DNA from: a virus
Taxonomy: Duplodnaviria > Caudoviricetes
Virus record (IMG/VR): IMGVR_UViG_3300021062_000004
Coordinates: 1 to 50,864 of that record
Direction: 5' to 3' (one strand)
Length of the DNA stretch: 50,864 nucleotides
A program made the position numbers and the translations under genes. The notes below the pieces were generated by a model. The model searched no databases and was not told the origin of the DNA. It saw only the letters and a list, made by a program, of their open reading frames with translations. Below are positions 35,567 through 45,467 of this stretch, one piece after another (the stretch's first letter is position 1; every line of letters begins with the position of its first letter).

Positions 35567-35944
35567 ATGAGATTCATTGCCCTGTTCGCGGCCTTGATGC
35601 TGGCGGGATGCCAGTCGGGCCAGCCCGTCGATTGGCCCACCGTCTGCAACACACTCACCGAAGGCAAGGCCACCGCTGAGGACTTCCTGCCCCTGCTGGA
35701 GCCGGAGCAGCAGGTGAAGCTCACCCAGGTCATCGCGTTGGTGGAGCCGGCCCGTGCGGCCGCGTGTGCCAAGGCGGAAGACCCGGACGCACCGGTTGAC
35801 CCCGCCGCCCTCATCGATATGGCGTTGGAGGCCGCAATGGCCTATGTGCTGTCGCTGGAGGACCCGGCGAAGCAGCAGCGGGCATTGCTCGTCATCCTTG
35901 GCATCAAGACCGCGTTGCGGATCGCGGGGGCGGTGAAGGGATGA
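35567..35944 (+). CDS. Lipoprotein, possibly spanin-like
   Basis: MRFIALFAALMLAG-C lipobox; AAAGGA; hydrophobic C-terminal helix. Confidence 0.7.
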   Translation: MRFIALFAALMLAGCQSGQPVDWPTVCNTLTEGKATAEDFLPLLEPEQQVKLTQVIALVEPARAAACAKAEDPDAPVDPAALIDMALEAAMAYVLSLEDPAKQQRALLVILGIKTALRIAGAVKG

Positions 35945-36120
35945 GCATGACCGAAAACACCCCCGACCAGATTCTCCACAAGGCCCTCGCCGCCGACGAG
36001 GCGTTGTCCGCAGGCGACCTCCGGGCCGGACAGCTTTACGTCCGCGACATCATCGTGGTGCTGCGGAACGCGGGCGTGGAGTTGGAGGCGGGGAAGATTG
36101 CTGGAAAGGACTTGAAGTAA
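35941..36120 (+). CDS. Hypothetical protein (59 aa)
   Basis: Translated by hand: MSMTENTPDQILHKALAA..; ATGA overlap. Confidence 0.55.
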   Translation: MSMTENTPDQILHKALAADEALSAGDLRAGQLYVRDIIVVLRNAGVELEAGKIAGKDLK

Positions 36121-36131
36121 TGCTCTCAATC

Positions 36132-36223
36132 GCGGGATGGACGCCTATCAACGATGCCGCGTCTTCAGCGTGGTTTGATGCGGATACGCAAAAGAGTCTG
36201 AAGCTCGACCCCCATCCTGCTCC
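36132..36223 (+). ncRNA. Candidate structured RNA with tRNA-like closing stem
   Basis: GCGGGATGG/CCATCCTGC stem enclosing ACGC/GCGT, CTTCAG/CTGAAG and TGCG-GATA-CGCA. Confidence 0.4.
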
Positions 36224-36264
36224 TGTTTGAAGCCACCAACGGACTGAAAGGGAATGGGCCACGG

Positions 36265-37464
36265 ATGGCCTTGCTTTCAACAACCTACTACCAGCACACG
36301 GGCATCGAAATCGGCTCCACCTCCGGCTCCGGCACGGTGTCGTTCATCCCGTCGCCGTTCGAAGTGGGAGACCGGTACGCTGAGCGGCTGGTGACGACCT
36401 CATCCGCACTGGCCCGCATCCGTTTCGGGGCAAGGTCGGCGGACGGGGCACGGGCGGCGTTCTCGTCCAGCCCCACCTACGCCGAAGGGCCAATCACGTT
36501 CACGGAGGCTCCCGCCGCAAACAACGAAGAGTTCGCGGCGTGGACGACGCTCTCCGGGGCCACGCGGTTCGTGCAGTACCGATTGAACTCTGCCCGCAAG
36601 GTCGAGTTCTACGACGGTGACGCTTTGGGCGGCAATACGCCAACCTCCGTCACCACCGCCGCCCTGACGCTGAACACGCCCTACTGGTTCCAGTTGAAGA
36701 TGACGCCTGGCGGAGCGGCCACGGCGTCCGAGCTTCACATCCGCACGATGAACAACACGCTGGTCGAAACACTCGACTGCACCGGCCACTGGAGCGACCT
36801 GTCCACCGCCGGCTTGGTGATCGGCCGGTTCTTCGACCAGAACGGGCAGAACCTTTCCATGAACGTCGGCGGGTGGTTTGCGTTCGACGATAGCTGGAAG
36901 GGTCCGCTCAAGTGCCGCACCGCCTACCGTCGCGTGAGCGGTCCGGGCTTCTACCAGGCATCGACCGCCGTGGGCAATGTCGCCACCGACTCCGAGCGTT
37001 GGCGGAATCTCCGCGACCTGATGAGCGAGAGCGAGTACCTGACGTTCACCTCCGCCACGGCGGGCGACGCCTTCACCTGCACCGTCGAGCCGTTCAGTGG
37101 CACCGCCCCGGACATCTATGGCGTCATCCCCATCTGCCTCACCAAGGACCATACCGGCGGGGCGGACGCGGTGCAGCAGACGCGGCTCCGCTCCGGCTCG
37201 ACCGACAGCGACACCACCGACCGCACCATCGGCATCGCGTCCACGGAGCTTTACGGCGTCTACCGAACGACCGACCCTTCCACCAGTGCCGCATGGACGC
37301 TGGCGGGCGTGAACGCGGCCCAGGTCGGCGTGGAGTTCCGCAGCACGGCGGACTTCCGGTTCTACTCGGCGGGGATGTTGATGGCGTATGACGGGAGCAC
37401 GGGGCAGATTTCCGGCACAAGCATTCCACTCGCGTACAAGCACTTAATTTTGGGAGCCGCGTGA
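36265..37464 (+). CDS. Putative virion beta-sandwich protein
   Basis: 399 aa Thr/Ser/Gly-rich; TDPSTSAAWTLAGVNAAQVG. Confidence 0.65.
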   Translation: MALLSTTYYQHTGIEIGSTSGSGTVSFIPSPFEVGDRYAERLVTTSSALARIRFGARSADGARAAFSSSPTYAEGPITFTEAPAANNEEFAAWTTLSGATRFVQYRLNSARKVEFYDGDALGGNTPTSVTTAALTLNTPYWFQLKMTPGGAATASELHIRTMNNTLVETLDCTGHWSDLSTAGLVIGRFFDQNGQNLSMNVGGWFAFDDSWKGPLKCRTAYRRVSGPGFYQASTAVGNVATDSERWRNLRDLMSESEYLTFTSATAGDAFTCTVEPFSGTAPDIYGVIPICLTKDHTGGADAVQQTRLRSGSTDSDTTDRTIGIASTELYGVYRTTDPSTSAAWTLAGVNAAQVGVEFRSTADFRFYSAGMLMAYDGSTGQISGTSIPLAYKHLILGAA

Positions 37465-37465
37465 A

Positions 37466-37789
37466 ATGGGACTCCGTTATCTCACCGTCACAACGTCCGG
37501 CAACACCGCCGCAAACATGGCTGACGCTTCCGGCAAAGAAGCGGGGGCTGTCGGAGTCATCACTGATGTCGAACTGAGCGGCGGCACGGACACCAGTGCC
37601 GACATCACCATCGCCGACCCGGTTGGAACGGTGTTCAGCGTGACCAGCGTGGACCTCACCACCACGCTTCGTTACAAGGTCGATGACGCCGCCATCAAGA
37701 GAAACGCAGTCGCCGGCAAGCTCACGGTGACTCCGGCCAACACGACCGGGGCGGCTGTCGTGCGGGTGTGGGTCTCAGAAAACAGGTAA
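37466..37789 (+). CDS. Hypothetical small virion protein
   Basis: Tightly packed; beta-rich; does not resemble TerS. Confidence 0.6.
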   Translation: MGLRYLTVTTSGNTAANMADASGKEAGAVGVITDVELSGGTDTSADITIADPVGTVFSVTSVDLTTTLRYKVDDAAIKRNAVAGKLTVTPANTTGAAVVRVWVSENR

Positions 37790-39261
37790 TGGTCGCCATC
37801 GCCAACATCAAGGTCGAGCGTGACTACACGCTGTACGGCGGCCTGGCGGATGTCAGGGACGACATCCTGTCGGGCCGCATGCCGCCGGAGACGCTGGTGG
37901 AAGGTCCGTCGCGAACCGGCAAGAGCCTTGGCATCGGCCTGGCCCTCGCGGGTCTCATGGAGGAGCAGCCGGGGACCAAGGTGCTCATCGTCCGCAAGAC
38001 CCTGAAGTCGATGCGGGAGACCGTCCTGGCCACCTGGGAGGACGAGGTTCTTCCGTCCGGCCACGAGGCGTTGCGGGCCAACAACCGCCACTCGCAGAAC
38101 CCCCGGTACCAGTTCAACAACGGCTCGCTGGCCGTCGCCACCGGATGCAACGGCCCCGACGACATCGAACGCATCAAGTCGTCGGAGTGGGACATCATCT
38201 GGTTCAACGAAGCCACGGACGGCACGTTGAACGATTGGGAGACGCTGCTGACCCGCCTCTCCGGCAAGGCCCCCATCGGCCGCTTCGCCATCGCGGACTG
38301 CAACCCCGTGGCCAAGACGCACTGGCTCAACCGCCGGGCCTCGACGCCGAAGATGCGGCGGGTCAAGACCACACTGGACGACAACCCGCGATTCGTGGAC
38401 CAGCGGACCGGCGAGTACACCGAAGACGGGATGCGATATCTTCGCGTGCTCGACAATCTCACCGGCGTCCGCAAGCTGCGGCTTCGCCACGGACTTTGGG
38501 CAGTCGCCGAGGGGGCGATCTGGGGGAACTTCAACGAAGACGTCCACATCATTGACGCCGCCATCAAGCCCAACGTGCAGAGTGGCTTCTATGAGCTTCG
38601 GTTCAATGATGGCCGCGTCGTCCCCTTGACATGGTTCTTCGCGGGCGTGGACTGGGGCTGGCGTGCTCCGGGATGTCTCCTGGTGTTCGGAATCGACAAG
38701 GACCGCAACGCCTACTGCATCCATGAGATTTACATGACCCAGAAGGACAAGATTTGGTGGGCGGAGAAGGCCGAGAAGCTGCGTCGCAAGTACGACATCC
38801 AGCGGTTCGTGTGCGACAGTGCCGAGCCGGACTCCATCGACCTGTTCAACAAGCGGATGGGCAAGGTCGGCGGCCACTGGATTGCCCAACCGGTGAAGAA
38901 GCACGCCCTGGGCTTTGAGGCTTCGGCGTCCATCGTGCGTGAGCGGCTGGACCGTGGCGGGCTGTTCTTCCTTCGCGACTGCCTGGATGAAATCGACCCG
39001 TTGCTGGTCGAGGAACGCAAGCCCGTAAGCGTGCTGGAGGAGATTCCGGCCTACGAGTACCACGAGGTCAAGGACGGGCAGCCCATCAAAGAGGAACCCA
39101 GGAAGGATGGCGACGACCACGGCTGCGACGCCGTGAGGTATGGCATGTCCTTCCTCGACGACAACAACTGGCAACCCGTGCCGGAAGAGAGCAAGTTCAA
39201 GCCCGGCAGCTTCGGAAGGCTGCTCGGGCACGACACCATGAAATTCAGGAGATCAGCATGA
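37789..39261 (+). CDS. terL: Terminase large subunit (PBSX-like)
   Basis: Walker A GPSRTGKS, Walker B WFNEA, DCNP, nuclease GVDWGW, CDSAEP, DHGCDAVRY. Confidence 0.93.
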   Translation: MVAIANIKVERDYTLYGGLADVRDDILSGRMPPETLVEGPSRTGKSLGIGLALAGLMEEQPGTKVLIVRKTLKSMRETVLATWEDEVLPSGHEALRANNRHSQNPRYQFNNGSLAVATGCNGPDDIERIKSSEWDIIWFNEATDGTLNDWETLLTRLSGKAPIGRFAIADCNPVAKTHWLNRRASTPKMRRVKTTLDDNPRFVDQRTGEYTEDGMRYLRVLDNLTGVRKLRLRHGLWAVAEGAIWGNFNEDVHIIDAAIKPNVQSGFYELRFNDGRVVPLTWFFAGVDWGWRAPGCLLVFGIDKDRNAYCIHEIYMTQKDKIWWAEKAEKLRRKYDIQRFVCDSAEPDSIDLFNKRMGKVGGHWIAQPVKKHALGFEASASIVRERLDRGGLFFLRDCLDEIDPLLVEERKPVSVLEEIPAYEYHEVKDGQPIKEEPRKDGDDHGCDAVRYGMSFLDDNNWQPVPEESKFKPGSFGRLLGHDTMKFRRSA

Positions 39262-39884
39262 CCGTGACCGAACCGTCTGTTCAATTTCCAAAGAAGCGAA
39301 TGGGGCGTCCAAAGGGGAGCAAGAACAAGCCGAAGGATTGGCGTGATTCTCCTGCAATCATGTCTGCTCCTCCAGAAATCGAAGCACTGGCCAACAAGAC
39401 GGCTGCGGACATCGAAAGAATTGCGAAGCAATTGCAGCCTGTACATGAAACCCCCGATCAGAAGCGTGCCCGCCTCTTGGCGGAGCTTGCGGAACTTGCC
39501 CCGCAGTCATCTGCCCCAGTGGGTCCCAACTACTGGACGATGACCCACAACACCCTCAAGGCCCTGTGCGTGAGCAAGAGCATCATCGACCGCACCGGCA
39601 CGAAAGAGGGCATGGTGGGAGCGTTGCAGGCCGAGGACATGAAGGCTGGGCTTCAGCCGCACCCGCGTGAGAACGAGCAGGCGTTGAGCGGCTTGCGGCC
39701 GAGCAACACGCCCGTCCATGCCGAGCCTCAGAACCGCGACTCCATGCGAATCATCGACGCGGACGGCAACCAGTACGCGATGGTGTACCGCATCGGCCGC
39801 AACGTGAACGGCACGCCGGTCATCATGGACATGGAAGGCAACGCGAGGAAGATCGTCGCGGCGTTGAACGAGGGGAGAATCTGA
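39258..39884 (+). CDS. Hypothetical DNA-binding protein with AT-hook-like motif
   Basis: KKRMGRPKGSKNK; helical LKALC..GTKEGMVGAL segment. Confidence 0.6.
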   Translation: MTVTEPSVQFPKKRMGRPKGSKNKPKDWRDSPAIMSAPPEIEALANKTAADIERIAKQLQPVHETPDQKRARLLAELAELAPQSSAPVGPNYWTMTHNTLKALCVSKSIIDRTGTKEGMVGALQAEDMKAGLQPHPRENEQALSGLRPSNTPVHAEPQNRDSMRIIDADGNQYAMVYRIGRNVNGTPVIMDMEGNARKIVAALNEGRI

Positions 39885-40279
39885 TGAAAATCAAACCATT
39901 CGAGGACTTCATCGTCGTCCGGCCGCTGGAGGTCAAGGAAGGCCCCCGGCCGACGAAGATTCACCTCAGCCAGAAGGCCCGCGAGCAGGCCGGAATGTTC
40001 GACATCGTGGTCGCCGAGGTGGTCGCAGTCGGCGAAGGCCGGCTCCTGGAGTGCGGCATCCGCCGGGACATGGGCGTCAAGGAGAAGGACCGCATCATCT
40101 TCCCGATGCGTGGCATCCCGCAGTTCCCGCTCGCCGAGACGGCGATATGGCAAGCCAACGGACGCCAGCTCCCTCCGCTCATCGTCATCAACGTCGGCCA
40201 CATCCTCGGAGTTCTGGAGGAGGTCGGCAACATCGAGTTCCAATACGCGGAGAAGACTCCGACGATTTCGGAGGACTGA
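39884..40279 (+). CDS. groES: GroES-like co-chaperonin
   Basis: MKIKPFEDFIVVRP, AEVVAVGEGR, VKEKDRIIF, ILGVLE. Confidence 0.85.
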   Translation: MKIKPFEDFIVVRPLEVKEGPRPTKIHLSQKAREQAGMFDIVVAEVVAVGEGRLLECGIRRDMGVKEKDRIIFPMRGIPQFPLAETAIWQANGRQLPPLIVINVGHILGVLEEVGNIEFQYAEKTPTISED

Positions 40280-40281
40280 CG

Positions 40282-40560
40282 ATGGAGTTTCCTCGGAACG
40301 GAAGCATTGTCTTCATCCGCGTGTACCCCATGTACGAGGGAATCACCCCCTTCGCCATATGGCATAGGTTGGATGACGCCGACACCATCACATTCTGGTG
40401 CGACTGGGTGCGTGAAGACGAAGACGCTCGGAAACGCATCGCGGAAAATGTCCGGCGATTCGAGGACAACGGCGTAAGCGTGAATCAGGAGTGGCTTCGT
40501 TCGGGAATGTTCGCACTGAGCTGGAACTTCATCAAAAAGGAGTCAATGCAATGCGTATGA
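40282..40560 (+). CDS. Hypothetical protein
   Basis: GGAGG upstream. Confidence 0.6.
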   Translation: MEFPRNGSIVFIRVYPMYEGITPFAIWHRLDDADTITFWCDWVREDEDARKRIAENVRRFEDNGVSVNQEWLRSGMFALSWNFIKKESMQCV

Positions 40561-40640
40561 ACAAGACCGGCAAGGGCACGGGCTGCACCTCGCAGGGAAG
40601 CAAGAAGAATGGCGGCAAGAAGCGTCCCAAGGGCTACTGA
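40557..40640 (+). CDS. Tiny basic peptide (27 aa)
   Basis: MNKTGKGTGCTSQGSKKNGGKKRPKGY; overlaps both neighbours. Confidence 0.45.
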   Translation: MNKTGKGTGCTSQGSKKNGGKKRPKGY

Positions 40641-40837
40641 TGGTCATCCACACCGACTTCAATCAAGGCATCCAAATCTTCGTCGGCAGCCAGCGAATCA
40701 CCGTGCAGGCCACGGTCGAGAAGGGCATGATGCGGTATTGGGTCGGAAAGCCCCAAGACGTGTCCGTGGAGATGGTGCAATGCCGGACATCGACAAAATC
40801 CCCCTTGGGGGCCAGGTATCCCAAGGTGAATATGTAG
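40640..40837 (+). CDS. Hypothetical protein (CsrA-like beta pattern possible)
   Basis: TGATG overlap; 65 aa; GIQIFVG..ITV..PQDVSV. Confidence 0.5.
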   Translation: MVIHTDFNQGIQIFVGSQRITVQATVEKGMMRYWVGKPQDVSVEMVQCRTSTKSPLGARYPKVNM

Positions 40838-41016
40838 GACAAGCCTGCATGTGCCCGCTCTGCGGTTTCGTGACGTTCACGAACGATCAGGAGTACGTGT
40901 GCATGTGCGGACGTAAGATGACGCGAACGCAACAGAGGGCCGTCTGCCCGAATCCCGGAATCATGGGAATAGGCGGACGGCCCGATGCTCGACGTATCAG
41001 CGAAGAACTTGTATGA
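40780..41016 (+). CDS. Small zinc-ribbon protein
   Basis: CPLCG..CMCG; GGAG upstream. Confidence 0.5.
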   Translation: MPDIDKIPLGGQVSQGEYVGQACMCPLCGFVTFTNDQEYVCMCGRKMTRTQQRAVCPNPGIMGIGGRPDARRISEELV

Positions 41017-42835
41017 AGAGGTCTGCTCCGCCGAGCGGTTCCGCGACGCCCACCTCTCGCGTGTTCCGTCGATGGTCGAGAACTACGTCGGGGACAGCTA
41101 CCGCACCGACCTCAACGGCCAATGGTCGGAAAACAACTATTACGAGTTCATCCGCCTCACCACCGGCAAAATCATCTTCGACAACCCCAAGACGCGGGTG
41201 AAGACCCGGCGGCCCGCCACGCAGCGGCTCGTCGCCCAGGCGATGCAGTACGGACTCAACCGCTGGGTCCGCGATGTCAAGCTCCGCCGTCTCCTGAAGC
41301 GGGTGTACGCCGCCCAGTGCTTCTGCTACTCCGTCGTGCAGACCGTCATCGAGCCGCAGCCGTGGATGGACCCCCGCAAGGCGTCCATGCCGCACTGGCC
41401 GCAGTGCTACGTCATCGAGTCCGACCGGTTCGGCTTCGACCCGCTCTGCACCTGGTTCGGGGCGGCCCGCTACTCGTTCCACAAGTTCGTCCGCGACAAG
41501 GAGGACCTGCTGGACGAGGCCGAGATGCACCCGGAGATGGGATGGAACACCGACGCCATCAACGCCATCGGTGCGGACTCCGGCATTGAAAACCTCAAGC
41601 GTGGCGGCTCGTCCGACCGCCAATCGCTCACCCGCAAGGAGATCGTGCTGTACGACGTGTGGGTGCCGGAGATGGAGACGGGCGACCCGCAGATGGGCTT
41701 CCACGGCACCATCTACACCATTGCGGCGTCGCCATCCAGCGACCGCAACGGCGGAGACTACGGCTACATCCGCGAGCCGCGTCCGTACTACGGGCCGCGA
41801 TGGGGTCCGTACACGCTCTTTGGCGTCTATCCCGTGCCGGGCGACCCGTATCCGCTGGCTCCCTTCGTCGCGACGAGGCCGCAGAGCCAGGACATGAACG
41901 ACGTGGCCCGCTCCACGAACAAGGCCATCAACGAGTACAAGCGTCTGGTGCTCTGCTCCGCCGAGAACCCCGACCTGGCGATGAAGCTGAAGAAGCCCGA
42001 CAACCTGGTGCTGACGGTCAAGGGTTTCAACAAGGACCAGGTGGAGGTGATTGAAATCGGCGGCGTCACCGAGCAGCACCTCAAGCAGCTCGAAATCATG
42101 CTGGCCCGCGGCGACCGGAACATCGGCATCAGCCAAACCCAGCAAGGCAAAGTGACCGGGGCCACCGCGACCGAAATCGCCGAAGTTGGGGCCGCCGCCA
42201 GCGACTCGCTTTCCTACATCAAGCAGGAGTTCACCGACGCCGTGGTGCAGGTGCTCGACAGTGCCGGATGGGCCTTGTACCACGACGACCGCATCGAGTT
42301 CCCCTTGGGCGAGGACGCCGCCGCCGCGTTGGTGGACCCGATGACCGGCCAATCGATGGTCGAGCCGTGGTTCGCGGGCGGTTCGCACCTGGACGACTCC
42401 GGGGCCAAATACGACGACCTGGAGCTTGAGATTGAGCCGTACAGCATGGAGCGGATGAACGAGGCTCTGATGCGTGCCCAGTACGCCGAGATGATGGAAC
42501 TGGCCATCGCGTCCGCCGCCGTCATCCCGACCGCCCCGTTCTTCGATTGGAAGAAGCTGTTCGACAAGGGCGGCGAAGTGATGAACGACCCGACGTTCGG
42601 CGAGTTCTACAACGCCGAAACCGCCAACGTGATGCAGATGATGACCGCCCAGCAGCAGGTCATGGAGCAAAAGGAGACAGGGACGAGCATTCAGGTCAAT
42701 CAGGCTGCGGCCGCGGGCCAAATGGTGTCCGCCGCTGTTGATGCTCAGAAACCGGGTCTGGAGCGGGAGAAAATCGCCACGCAGCGGGCGGGGTTGGCCC
42801 AGAAGAACGCCCAGAAAGGCAAGCCGAAGAAATAA
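40985..42835 (+). CDS. Portal protein
   Basis: 616 aa between TerL and scaffold; TGATATE motif and Gln-rich C-terminus as in P22-like portals. Confidence 0.8.
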   Translation: MLDVSAKNLYEEVCSAERFRDAHLSRVPSMVENYVGDSYRTDLNGQWSENNYYEFIRLTTGKIIFDNPKTRVKTRRPATQRLVAQAMQYGLNRWVRDVKLRRLLKRVYAAQCFCYSVVQTVIEPQPWMDPRKASMPHWPQCYVIESDRFGFDPLCTWFGAARYSFHKFVRDKEDLLDEAEMHPEMGWNTDAINAIGADSGIENLKRGGSSDRQSLTRKEIVLYDVWVPEMETGDPQMGFHGTIYTIAASPSSDRNGGDYGYIREPRPYYGPRWGPYTLFGVYPVPGDPYPLAPFVATRPQSQDMNDVARSTNKAINEYKRLVLCSAENPDLAMKLKKPDNLVLTVKGFNKDQVEVIEIGGVTEQHLKQLEIMLARGDRNIGISQTQQGKVTGATATEIAEVGAAASDSLSYIKQEFTDAVVQVLDSAGWALYHDDRIEFPLGEDAAAALVDPMTGQSMVEPWFAGGSHLDDSGAKYDDLELEIEPYSMERMNEALMRAQYAEMMELAIASAAVIPTAPFFDWKKLFDKGGEVMNDPTFGEFYNAETANVMQMMTAQQQVMEQKETGTSIQVNQAAAAGQMVSAAVDAQKPGLEREKIATQRAGLAQKNAQKGKPKK

Positions 42836-43164
42836 TGCCGACTTACATTTACGAGCGAATCGACACCGGCGAGCACATTGAAATCGTCCAGTCCATGAAA
42901 GACGACCCTTTGGCGGAAATTGATGGCAAGCCTGTCCGCCGCATCATTACTTCGCCCCAGCTCTGCGGCGTGGAACGCAAGACATGGGGATACCCGCGGG
43001 TTTCCAACCAGCTCGACGAGCATGTCAAGGGATGCAAGATGGTGCGGACCAAGCTCCCAAACGGGAAGCTCTCCCGGCCCAAGCCGCTGATTGAATCGCT
43101 CCGGCACGAAAAAGAAGTCGCCAAGCGGAACAATCTGGTGGAAGCCGACTTGTCAGACAGTTGA
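42835..43164 (+). CDS. FmdB-like protein lacking zinc cysteines
   Basis: MPTYIYE..GEHIEIVQSMKDDPL..RRII. Confidence 0.7.
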   Translation: MPTYIYERIDTGEHIEIVQSMKDDPLAEIDGKPVRRIITSPQLCGVERKTWGYPRVSNQLDEHVKGCKMVRTKLPNGKLSRPKPLIESLRHEKEVAKRNNLVEADLSDS

Positions 43165-43229
43165 AATGTGCGATATTGTGATAGCAACGAGTTCGGGCCG
43201 TCTGCCCATCACCCCGTCAGGGCAGACAC

Positions 43230-44261
43230 ATGGCCGACACCGACAACACCGCAACCGAAACCACCAACGCCATCGCCCAGGCCGACGCCGCCGCTGAAGC
43301 GGAGCAGGATGCCGTGCTGGCGAAAATCCTCAGTGGCGACAACGCGGAGCCATCCAATGAACCCCCCGGCGACCGTGCCCGAGACGAGCATGGCCGCTTT
43401 TCATCGTCGAAGGAAAAGGCTGAGAAGCCCGAAGCGAAGACCGCCGAAACCCCGGAATCCAAGGCTCTGCCGGAAGGGGTCAAGGCGGAAGACTATCGCA
43501 AGGCTTTGAAGGCTCTCCAGTTCGACACCACGCCGCAGAAGGTCATTGACTCGCTCGACCCGTCCGAGGTCATCGAATGGGGATTGAAGCGGTCCAAGAA
43601 CCATGCGGACGTTGAACGGCTCAAGGCGGACCTGATCAAAGCGAAGGCGTTGCAGACCAAGGCCACGGCGGAAGCCACGAGCGAATCCTCCGAACCGGAC
43701 TGGTCGAAGCTCATCGAGCCGGTCGCCAAGAAGTTCTCCGACGACTTCAGCGTCGACATGTCCGAGCCGTTGAAGGCTTTCGCCAAGCAGCTTGCGGAGA
43801 CCGTCTCCGCGTCCAACCAGGCCAAGTTGCAGGAGCAGCAGGCCGTCATCGACGCGATTCAAGGCCAGTTCCGCAGCCAGCAGCAGGAAGCCGCACGAGC
43901 CAAGTTGTCCGAAAAGTACGACTTGGACAAGGACGAGCGGTGGCAGCGGGTGCTCGAACATCGCCAGGCGGACAAGAACGAGTACGCCAGCGAGCACGAC
44001 GCCATCCAAGCCGCCTGCCGTCACGAGTTCGCCGAGGAAATCATCGCCAATTACGAGGCCAAGCTGAAGGAGCAGCACAAGCTCCGCTCCAACGGCCAGC
44101 CCACCGCCGAGCACAAGAAGACGCCGCCCAAAGCCATGTCGCAGGAGGACGTCGAGAACCAGATTCTCGGCCACATCCTCGACGGCAACCACGAGGCGGC
44201 AGCACGGCTCGGCCGCCGGTCGCAGATGAGTGCGTCCGAAATGATGGCGATGCAAGCCTGA
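43230..44261 (+). CDS. Capsid scaffolding protein
   Basis: Acidic helical protein with RDEHGRF motif, directly upstream of capsid gene. Confidence 0.75.
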   Translation: MADTDNTATETTNAIAQADAAAEAEQDAVLAKILSGDNAEPSNEPPGDRARDEHGRFSSSKEKAEKPEAKTAETPESKALPEGVKAEDYRKALKALQFDTTPQKVIDSLDPSEVIEWGLKRSKNHADVERLKADLIKAKALQTKATAEATSESSEPDWSKLIEPVAKKFSDDFSVDMSEPLKAFAKQLAETVSASNQAKLQEQQAVIDAIQGQFRSQQQEAARAKLSEKYDLDKDERWQRVLEHRQADKNEYASEHDAIQAACRHEFAEEIIANYEAKLKEQHKLRSNGQPTAEHKKTPPKAMSQEDVENQILGHILDGNHEAAARLGRRSQMSASEMMAMQA

Positions 44262-44312
44262 GGCGAGTAACAAACGCACCCCTCCCCGTCTGGGATTCAA
44301 GGATGAAACCAG

Positions 44313-45467
44313 ATGCCAGGCACCGCACTCAGCAACTTCACCGACTTCGTGAAGTTCACCGGCCCCGCGTACTTCACCAGCTCTGACAAGTTCCTCAACG
44401 AAGCCGCCAAAACCACTTACTCCCTCCCGATGTTCCTCAAGGGCAAGGGGATGGACAAGGTGATTCAGTCGGGCGAGAACATCAAGGACGACGTGATGTT
44501 CGACGAGGCCCGCACGTTCCAGAACTACCAGCCCAACGCCGAATTTACCTGGACGCAACCGCAGGTCGCGACCGAGCAGTCCATCGAGTGGCGGTTCTCC
44601 ATCGACCACATGTCATGGACCGACCACGAAATCACGCTGAACATGAACAGCGGATTCTCGCGTGAGTACGCGATGGTCCAGTACAAGAAGCTCCGCAAGA
44701 AGCTGGAGCAGCGGATGTGGACCTCCATCACCAACGGCATGGAGGAGAAGCTGTGGGCCGGCTCGCCGACTCACGCGGACATGGAGGCCGCCAACGGGTC
44801 CGAGCAGTACTCCCTCCTCGCCCTCATCACCGAGGACGTCACCAACTATCACTGTGCCTCCGGCTCATGGGTGACCATCGAGGGCATCGACCCCGCCACC
44901 GAAACCAAGTGGCGGAACCAGGTCTCCACGTACGACTACGACGACCCGGACGACACGGACGGCGACCGCGACGGCCTCATCGACAAGTTCGACGAGATGC
45001 TGACCAACGTCGGCTTCGAGGCTCCGGCGTTCCACCGCGAGCACTTTGAGGATTCCTCGTCCAGCAACACCAAGTACATCTTCTGCTCCAACGGCGGGTT
45101 GAACCTGTACAAGGCGATGCTGCGGGCGAGCAACGACACGCTGGTCCGCAAGACCGACGCCTCGTACTCCGGCGTCACCTTCGACAGCATCCCGCTCAAG
45201 CGGGTCGCCCAGCTCGGCACCGTCAGCCACGTCTGGAACACCAACACCACCGCCGGCACGGAGACGGGGTACGCCACGGACGGGTACCGGTACTTCTGGA
45301 TCGACACGAACTACATCACGCCGATTTACCACAGCGAGCGGTACTTCTTCAAGAAAGACCCGTTCTTCCTGGAGAAGCAGCCGTACACCTGGGTCTGCCC
45401 GGTCGACATCTGGTGGAACGTGTTCTGTCACAGCCGCCAGCGTCTGGGCATTGTTGCACCTCAGTGA
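44313..45467 (+). CDS. Major capsid protein
   Basis: 384 aa, very high GC3, position after scaffold, ends SRQRLGIV. Confidence 0.82.
   Translation: MPGTALSNFTDFVKFTGPAYFTSSDKFLNEAAKTTYSLPMFLKGKGMDKVIQSGENIKDDVMFDEARTFQNYQPNAEFTWTQPQVATEQSIEWRFSIDHMSWTDHEITLNMNSGFSREYAMVQYKKLRKKLEQRMWTSITNGMEEKLWAGSPTHADMEAANGSEQYSLLALITEDVTNYHCASGSWVTIEGIDPATETKWRNQVSTYDYDDPDDTDGDRDGLIDKFDEMLTNVGFEAPAFHREHFEDSSSSNTKYIFCSNGGLNLYKAMLRASNDTLVRKTDASYSGVTFDSIPLKRVAQLGTVSHVWNTNTTAGTETGYATDGYRYFWIDTNYITPIYHSERYFFKKDPFFLEKQPYTWVCPVDIWWNVFCHSRQRLGIVAPQ

Noticed and set aside
37672-44609. Long minus-strand ORFs (37672-39231, 40997-42721, 43401-44609)
   Set aside because: Antisense shadows of high-GC3 genes
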